Origin: a virus
Length of the DNA stretch: 64,000 bases
Direction: 5' to 3' (one strand)
Virus record (IMG/VR): IMGVR_UViG_3300045988_124542
Span: 1-64,000 of that record
The position numbers were made by a program, and so were the translations under genes. Position 1 is the first letter of the stretch. Each line of letters begins with the position of its first letter. Positions 58,655 through 64,000 of the stretch are shown here, in pieces. The notes under the pieces were generated by a model. The model saw only the letters and a list, made by a program, of their open reading frames with translations. It did not search any database and was not told the origin of the DNA.

Positions 58655-59623
58655 TTAAAATGGAAGGTCATCTTCTTCCATAGGAGGAAAGTTCGGCATC
58701 TGTGCTTGCGGCTGTGGCTGCGTCTGATGCTGAGGCTTGGTGCTCCTTGTAGCAGGCGCCGGGGCAGGTGCAGCAGGCTGAGCAGTCGGCTGTGGCGTAT
58801 AAGCCGGTGCCTGATACTGTGCTGGCTGTTGAGCAGGCTGTTGATAATTCTGATACGGAATAGCACTCGGAACAGACTGAGGTTGTTGAACCTGTTGAGG
58901 CGCGGCCGGCTGCTGGGGATAAGTCTGAGGAGCTGTAGGATCTTGCTGAGCATTTCCTCCTAAACCTAATTTAGCCATTATACCTGCTCTGATATCTTTA
59001 ATAGAAGCATTGAATCTGTTTGAATATTCAGTAATCTTCTGATAAGTGAAGTTGTTTTGAGCTGAATAATCAAGGCTTTTCTTGCCATCAAATCCTGTAA
59101 CTTCAACAGGGTCAGGCCAACCATTTACGCCTTTTTTATAAAAACGTTCAACAAGCTGATCGTTTTCTCCGTCTACTCCGGCATATGCGATAATAAGTTC
59201 CGAAGATCCAAACTCGTCATCTTTCTTCTTCTTAAAGACATTGAAATAAATTTCACGACTGAAATCGATGTTTTCGTAGTATTTTACGAAGCTCTTAACA
59301 AAGCCCTTGATATTTCCTTTTTGATTGACGAGAGGTATGGAAATACAATAGTTTTCATTAAGCTCGTAATCTTTTAATACGATAAGGAAATTAGTAACAG
59401 TATTTCCATTAGAGAAAGAGCTTGACTTTAACCCGATGTAGTTAATGTATCCAACTACTCCATTATAATACTCTTTCCAATATCCCGCCGGCTGACCGCT
59501 ATTAGGATTTATGTGCTGAACAAAACCTTCTTTTGGTTCGTTACTTTTTTCATACAAGTTACCATCTGAATTAATATACAGATAATAAGTTGTACCAAAA
59601 CTTCTGTTTTCTCTAAAAGCCAT
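58655..59623 (-). CDS. SSB-like protein with Gln/Pro-rich linker and acidic C-terminal tip MEEDDLPF
   Basis: C-terminus mimics bacterial SSB DDDIPF tail; N-terminal domain not a recognisable canonical OB by eye. Confidence 0.5.
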   Translation of the reverse strand: MAFRENRSFGTTYYLYINSDGNLYEKSNEPKEGFVQHINPNSGQPAGYWKEYYNGVVGYINYIGLKSSSFSNGNTVTNFLIVLKDYELNENYCISIPLVNQKGNIKGFVKSFVKYYENIDFSREIYFNVFKKKKDDEFGSSELIIAYAGVDGENDQLVERFYKKGVNGWPDPVEVTGFDGKKSLDYSAQNNFTYQKITEYSNRFNASIKDIRAGIMAKLGLGGNAQQDPTAPQTYPQQPAAPQQVQQPQSVPSAIPYQNYQQPAQQPAQYQAPAYTPQPTAQPAAPAPAPATRSTKPQHQTQPQPQAQMPNFPPMEEDDLPF

Positions 59624-59635
59624 ATTATTAATTGT

Positions 59636-60745
59636 TTATAGATTATACAATGTTTGATTTAAGACGTATGTTGATTCGTATTTAGGATTGAACATCTTTA
59701 TCATCTTATACTGATCAGACCAATCCATGACAGTATCTCCTTTTATAAGTGATTTTACGGAAGACAGTATATTTTCCTTACCGATAGAAAAATTAAAACA
59801 CGGACCTTCGAGCGCATTCAAAGGCATTGATTCCATTATCTTTTTTCTATTTCCAAAATCCTCAGACATTACCGTTATGCCGTTTTCTTCATCTACCTTG
59901 ACATTAACAACATTATCCACCAAAGTCATGGAATTAAGAACCGATATAAGTAAATCCCGGTCAAACTTAACTCTCGACGATTTTTCGAATTTGCTACATA
60001 CGTATTCGTAGTTAGGATACTGTTGTTCTACGTTCATATCCGATATAATTACATTATCAAAGCATAAGAACGTCCTAACTCCATCTGTAGAAATACTGAT
60101 CTCCGTATCTTTATCAGATAGAAAGCGGTACAAGATAGAAGCCGCAACCTCGCTTAGCATAATCGACCTTTCTTCTGATGCATTAGCATACTCTTTCCTG
60201 TTTATAAACAGACGGAACATATCAGTAGAAACAATGTCAATATAGTCCTTCTTCACATTAAGAAGAATCGAGCATATAGCTGGTCTAAATTCATCCGATC
60301 CAACAAACGCAAAAGATCTTTTCATAGACTGAATGAAAGACGAACTCATAACACGAATACCGTCACCTACAGGATAAAAGAAATCAGGGAAAGCCTTATC
60401 CTCAATCCAAGTAGAAGAAAAAGATCCTCTATCGTATTTAAAAACGATACTGTAATCATTTTTAATCTCTATCTCTATATCCTGGTTATGATTTTTAAAA
60501 AATGAAATAAGAGTCCCGGCATCTACTAAAAGAGAAAACTTCTGGTCACAAGAAATATCAGTATTCACATCGAAAATATCATCCGTATATGTTATACGTT
60601 CGTTCATGGCTTGTATCCGGATATGATCAAAATATAAAGTAATTTTTATATTCGATGTGACACAATCCTTTAGAACCTTATCAAACATCTTTGAAATGTT
60701 TGAAAGTTTCTCATTCATTAGTATGCCAGGAACTCTTACTTTCAT
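59636..60745 (-). CDS. possible DNA polymerase sliding-clamp-like protein
   Basis: 369 aa (beta-clamp size), position between SSB-like and RuvC-like genes; no decisive motif. Confidence 0.3.
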   Translation of the reverse strand: MKVRVPGILMNEKLSNISKMFDKVLKDCVTSNIKITLYFDHIRIQAMNERITYTDDIFDVNTDISCDQKFSLLVDAGTLISFFKNHNQDIEIEIKNDYSIVFKYDRGSFSSTWIEDKAFPDFFYPVGDGIRVMSSSFIQSMKRSFAFVGSDEFRPAICSILLNVKKDYIDIVSTDMFRLFINRKEYANASEERSIMLSEVAASILYRFLSDKDTEISISTDGVRTFLCFDNVIISDMNVEQQYPNYEYVCSKFEKSSRVKFDRDLLISVLNSMTLVDNVVNVKVDEENGITVMSEDFGNRKKIMESMPLNALEGPCFNFSIGKENILSSVKSLIKGDTVMDWSDQYKMIKMFNPKYESTYVLNQTLYNL

Positions 60746-60841
60746 TTTTTAAAACTTACGATTATGACTATCTAACACTGCAAATGTATTATTTTAAAAT
60801 CTAATTACTAATTAATTTGATTTAAAATGATTTAAAATAGA

Positions 60842-61375
60842 TTAAATGGTTCTTCTTGCTGCCTCTGCTATAAGCATTGCATCAACTATACCGTCATGGG
60901 CTGTCTTACATCTTTCGTTTTTAACGAACGTATCGTTTGGCCACAGCCTTTTAGCGCAAGCCAATGACGTTTTCTTAGTATTTACCTTACTGGCTTCCAT
61001 AACCTTATCAGAATGCGTCCAAACCAATTTCTGCCATGTTTTAGGGGCTATGAAATTAACGGAGCAACTTATGTCCGGAAATGCCATACAGAGGGATAGG
61101 AACAGCCCATGCAGTTGGCCTTTGTTCTCCATGAGAGAAGCTGTAGAGGACGTGCTGACCCCGTACAGGGCGTGGACGTCCTCTATGACAAACACTACCC
61201 TATCAGGATTGTTTTCTACGATCATATCCCGGCAAAAAACATATTCTTTAGTCAAGTCTACCGGCCCTGAAGCTGATATTCTTGGAGTGGAGATTCTTGA
61301 TATTAGTTTACTGTCTTGATCGATGCAGGCTATGGCTCCATCTTTTCCCGGATCTGCTGCTATATATAACACCAT
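60842..61375 (-). CDS. ruvC: RuvC-like Holliday junction resolvase
   Basis: N-terminal LYIAADPGKDGAIACID (RuvC motif I) and C-terminal HDGIVDAMLIAEAA. Confidence 0.6.
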   Translation of the reverse strand: MVLYIAADPGKDGAIACIDQDSKLISRISTPRISASGPVDLTKEYVFCRDMIVENNPDRVVFVIEDVHALYGVSTSSTASLMENKGQLHGLFLSLCMAFPDISCSVNFIAPKTWQKLVWTHSDKVMEASKVNTKKTSLACAKRLWPNDTFVKNERCKTAHDGIVDAMLIAEAARRTI

Positions 61376-61382
61376 ACCTACA

Positions 61383-61817
61383 CTAATTTAAATTCATGTC
61401 GATTTTACCAATGCTGTCATCATCTTCAAAACCTCCATTGTCAGTAAGTTCGTAATCAATAGCCACAGAGCCGTTACTAAGAATATAAAAGCCTTTAAAC
61501 ATCTTTCCTATTTCAATAGGATACACGACATTCACGTCCCTTCCAATATCCTCAAACGGCATAGCGATATCTTCTGATTTAGCTTCCTTTTGTTTTGCTA
61601 ATACACCAACGGGTATATTTTTACCTTTTATAGATGCGTATGTAACCATATACAGAATATCGTTATTGACAAACGCCCTATCACTACTCACCTTATCCAA
61701 GCTGACATATATAATATGTTTTATAAAACTATTGATATCTCCACATATGTTAATAGCTTCTACCTCTTTAGGAATAACGACTTCCACTTCTTCTGGTTTT
61801 ATATTTTTCTTTTTCAT
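61383..61817 (-). CDS. hypothetical protein
   Basis: 144-aa ORF. Confidence 0.45.
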   Translation of the reverse strand: MKKKNIKPEEVEVVIPKEVEAINICGDINSFIKHIIYVSLDKVSSDRAFVNNDILYMVTYASIKGKNIPVGVLAKQKEAKSEDIAMPFEDIGRDVNVVYPIEIGKMFKGFYILSNGSVAIDYELTDNGGFEDDDSIGKIDMNLN

Positions 61818-62062
61818 TGCATTAATCTTTTTGTATTTTGTTTTACTTCTTCAACAAGATCCTGATCTTTCATCATCTCTTGCTTAAGTTTCTCATTCTC
61901 CTTAATTCTTTTCACCCTATCGGCAAGAATCTTCTTATATTTCTTATCCGATATTTTAATAAACCAAGGACAGTTCCTTGATGGAATCCTTTTACATGGA
62001 TAGTCAGTTAGACCGTTAGGTCCAAACTGCTCGCATCGGTTACATTTTTCTTCTCCTGTCAT
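61814..62062 (-). CDS. hypothetical Cys-rich protein
   Basis: CNRC...CKR...NCPW. Confidence 0.4.
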   Translation of the reverse strand: MTGEEKCNRCEQFGPNGLTDYPCKRIPSRNCPWFIKISDKKYKKILADRVKRIKENEKLKQEMMKDQDLVEEVKQNTKRLMQ

Positions 62063-62130
62063 TACATCATATTTTAGGGAAACATTCTTCCAGCTCTCTA
62101 TAAGAGCACTCTACTACAACAGAGTCTCCT

Positions 62131-62370
62131 TTAGGGAGAAATACCAAAATAGAATCGATAGAAAAAAACACTATCTACTTTTCTTACAAGTTGGCCATGT
62201 TTGTAAGAAGACATGACCAACCTAATTCCATATGAATCCGAATAAGATCCTTTCCTACATGGAAGTATGTTTTCAACAACATAATTAAAACCTCCTACAT
62301 TAACTTCATCTCCGGCATTGATTTCCATGATAGGAACCATCTTAACCCTTCGATCTATACTTATTTTCAT
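62131..62370 (-). CDS. hypothetical protein
   Basis: 79-aa ORF coupled to ThyA-like gene. Confidence 0.35.
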   Translation of the reverse strand: MKISIDRRVKMVPIMEINAGDEVNVGGFNYVVENILPCRKGSYSDSYGIRLVMSSYKHGQLVRKVDSVFFYRFYFGISP

Positions 62371-63308
62371 TTCGCTACTTCGAATTTGATTTGCTCCTTT
62401 GGTTCATAATTCCATACCTCAAAATCATCCGGAGTGAAATCATAGAATCCTTTCCCTTCCATACGAGACGAGATAGTAACCTGCGGAACCGGCCCGAATA
62501 GGGATCGACGAAGGAGCTCGTTTGCCTGTTCTTCGTGACGATCATACACATGCATATCTTGGATGAAGTGCGTAAAAACAGCCGGCTTCAGACCCGCGTC
62601 GTGAGCAAACATCATCATCAACGCCGCGTACTGTGCTACATTCCATAGGCCGGCAACAATAGCATCCTGGCTACGTTGATAAAGCGTCATATAAAGCTCA
62701 TCTCCTTTAACAGATAAATTAATCTGGAACGCGCATTCTTGAAGAGGTTTAACAGAATTAGTAACAGGGTTAAACATAGATGCTATGATACGTCTTGATG
62801 ACTTATCATTTTTCAACGACCATAGAATAAAATCTGTTTGATTTTCAAATCCATACCCTTCATAAGCACGACCTACTATTTCATTTCCATTAATAAAATA
62901 ACCATTCTGGTTAATTATGTAAGTATCGTTTTTAGCATCATCTAATATAACGGGAGTGTTAATCATATCACCATAACATCCTTCAATCTTCCCATTTTTA
63001 TCAGCCCACTGATCCCAGATATGGAGACCAAGTTCTTTAACATCTACTGATCTTTTTTGCCAAATCCACAAAATTTCTTTTATGGAGTTTTTAAGATTAG
63101 TAGGTCTAAGTGAACCAAGAGGAAATTCCCGACGAAGATCGTACTGGTTGCATACTTGCAGGATACGCTTCACCTTTACGCCTGTCCCGTCACCGTAGAC
63201 CGGTCGCTTTACCTCTTCCAACGGCTGGCTCATTATAAGAGCCAAATTGTCTTGAAATATTTTATCTACTCTTGACATGTTTATATTTTTATAAATTAAA
63301 CTCTGCAA
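62367..63308 (-). CDS. thyA: thymidylate synthase family protein (ThyA-like; dUMP methyl- or hydroxymethyl-transferase)
   Basis: FPL...ELLWF-like block (EILWIWQ), SRRIIASMFNP, catalytic Cys in LQECAFQ, LYQRSQDAIVAGLWNVAQYAAL (Asn retained = dUMP-type), FTHFIQDMHVY; the YGFQWR loop is replaced. Confidence 0.7.
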   Translation of the reverse strand: MQSLIYKNINMSRVDKIFQDNLALIMSQPLEEVKRPVYGDGTGVKVKRILQVCNQYDLRREFPLGSLRPTNLKNSIKEILWIWQKRSVDVKELGLHIWDQWADKNGKIEGCYGDMINTPVILDDAKNDTYIINQNGYFINGNEIVGRAYEGYGFENQTDFILWSLKNDKSSRRIIASMFNPVTNSVKPLQECAFQINLSVKGDELYMTLYQRSQDAIVAGLWNVAQYAALMMMFAHDAGLKPAVFTHFIQDMHVYDRHEEQANELLRRSLFGPVPQVTISSRMEGKGFYDFTPDDFEVWNYEPKEQIKFEVAK

Positions 63309-64000
63309 AATCTATTTCAGATCCGGTTGACAAATTGATCATTGATTTTTCAAGCTCTTCCATTGGAATAGGTTCAACGATTCCTTCGTTTGAAAGTGTT
63401 TTATTATAGAAATCAATAACCACCGGATCACTTGTCTTTACCATTTTAGGGATAGGTTGACGAAGATACATTCCATCTAAGCTTTTCACTCTGGAAAGTG
63501 CCGTATATAACTGTCCTGTTTCAAAAGAGTTCGATACGTCCATCATGGCAGCATCTAACGTAAGACCTTGGCAGCGATGAACAGTTATCGAATAACCGGC
63601 TTTTATCGGATACTGAACAATAGAACCAATAACTTCAGATTCTACCTTGTACCCATTTCTGACGTATTTTACCTTATCAAACGAACATGGTGTGATAATA
63701 ACCTTAACATGCTCTTCATCTTTAGGACGATCAAGAACTACTTCAATCTCCCCATTTTTAATAGAAGACACAACGCCAAGAGATCCGTTTACGTACTCTC
63801 CTCCGTTTCTGGTAATCATAACCCTGGAACCTTCTTTTATAAGAAGCGTCTTTTCAACAGGAGCTTCTTTAGGATAATCACCTTTTATAATAGCTTCGAA
63901 TTTTCTTAATGATCCAGGTACGGAATTTATCCTCATTTCATTAATGGCCGTAGCCTTGGCATTAGTCGTAACAATCTCAACATATCCTGCGCCATTTTCA
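63289..64000 (-). CDS. RecD/Pif1-like helicase, C-terminal part (gene continues beyond window end)
   Basis: TVHRCQGLTLD = helicase motif VI (TvHksQG) near C-terminus; reading frame stays open upstream of the annotated Met to position 64000. Confidence 0.6.
   Translation of the reverse strand, partial: ENGAGYVEIVTTNAKATAINEMRINSVPGSLRKFEAIIKGDYPKEAPVEKTLLIKEGSRVMITRNGGEYVNGSLGVVSSIKNGEIEVVLDRPKDEEHVKVIITPCSFDKVKYVRNGYKVESEVIGSIVQYPIKAGYSITVHRCQGLTLDAAMMDVSNSFETGQLYTALSRVKSLDGMYLRQPIPKMVKTSDPVVIDFYNKTLSNEGIVEPIPMEELEKSMINLSTGSEIDFAEFNL

Noticed and set aside
62367-63308. Calling the ThyA-like enzyme a dCMP hydroxymethylase
   Set aside because: The specificity Asn (GLWNVAQYA) is retained, arguing for dUMP not dCMP; hydroxymethyl versus methyl transfer cannot be decided from sequence by eye.

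Overview
The window reads as part of a large tailed-phage genome. It is probably a virulent phage of a Bacteroidota host, possibly crAss-like, but that assignment is inference. A Bacteroidota host is suggested by the Bacteroides-type signal peptides and lipoboxes on the moron OMP/lipoprotein and by a TAnnTTTG -7 promoter motif.

Layout:
- A short + strand block (105-9153) is dominated by one giant 2140-aa ORF (1445-7867) with C-terminal hydrophobic helices, a likely virion or ejected protein.
- Nearly everything else (9268-63936) is a dense minus-strand replication, nucleotide-metabolism and host-takeover block: C5-cytosine and N6-adenine DNA methyltransferases, an SF2 DExH helicase, a DnaB-like helicase, a primase-like zinc-finger protein, a Cas4-like nuclease with an Fe-S cysteine cluster, a second RecB-family PD-(D/E)XK-type nuclease, RuvC-like resolvase, an SSB-like protein with a DDLPF tail, a clamp-like protein, ThyA-like thymidylate synthase, a divergent dUTPase, a DUF550-like NTP pyrophosphohydrolase, and a partial Pif1/RecD-like helicase at the window edge.
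- Four tRNA genes (Cys-GCA, Arg-CCT, Gln-TTG, Met-CAT; none encodes its own CCA) sit at 56414-56775.

Unusual content:
- a flotillin(SPFH)-NfeD-acyl-carrier-protein operon;
- an operon of a DHH-DHHA1 phosphoesterase plus a PNKP-type polynucleotide 3'-phosphatase plus a small HExxH protein next to the tRNAs;
- a class-II (CCA-adding-head-like) nucleotidyltransferase beside the Dam-like methylase;
- an orphan ABC-type ATPase;
- an IS1595-family transposase adjacent to a Bacteroidota-type outer-membrane beta-barrel and lipoprotein (moron);
- tandem and dispersed paralog families;
- a ~3 kb mostly noncoding region (49162-52228) packed with direct repeats, iterons, palindromes, GC-rich hairpins and two tRNA-like 3' halves, a candidate replication origin or regulatory RNA hub.

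Most small ORFs have no recognisable function. All functional calls rest on motifs read by eye. The ORF track translates GTG/TTG starts as M, so several start codons are uncertain.
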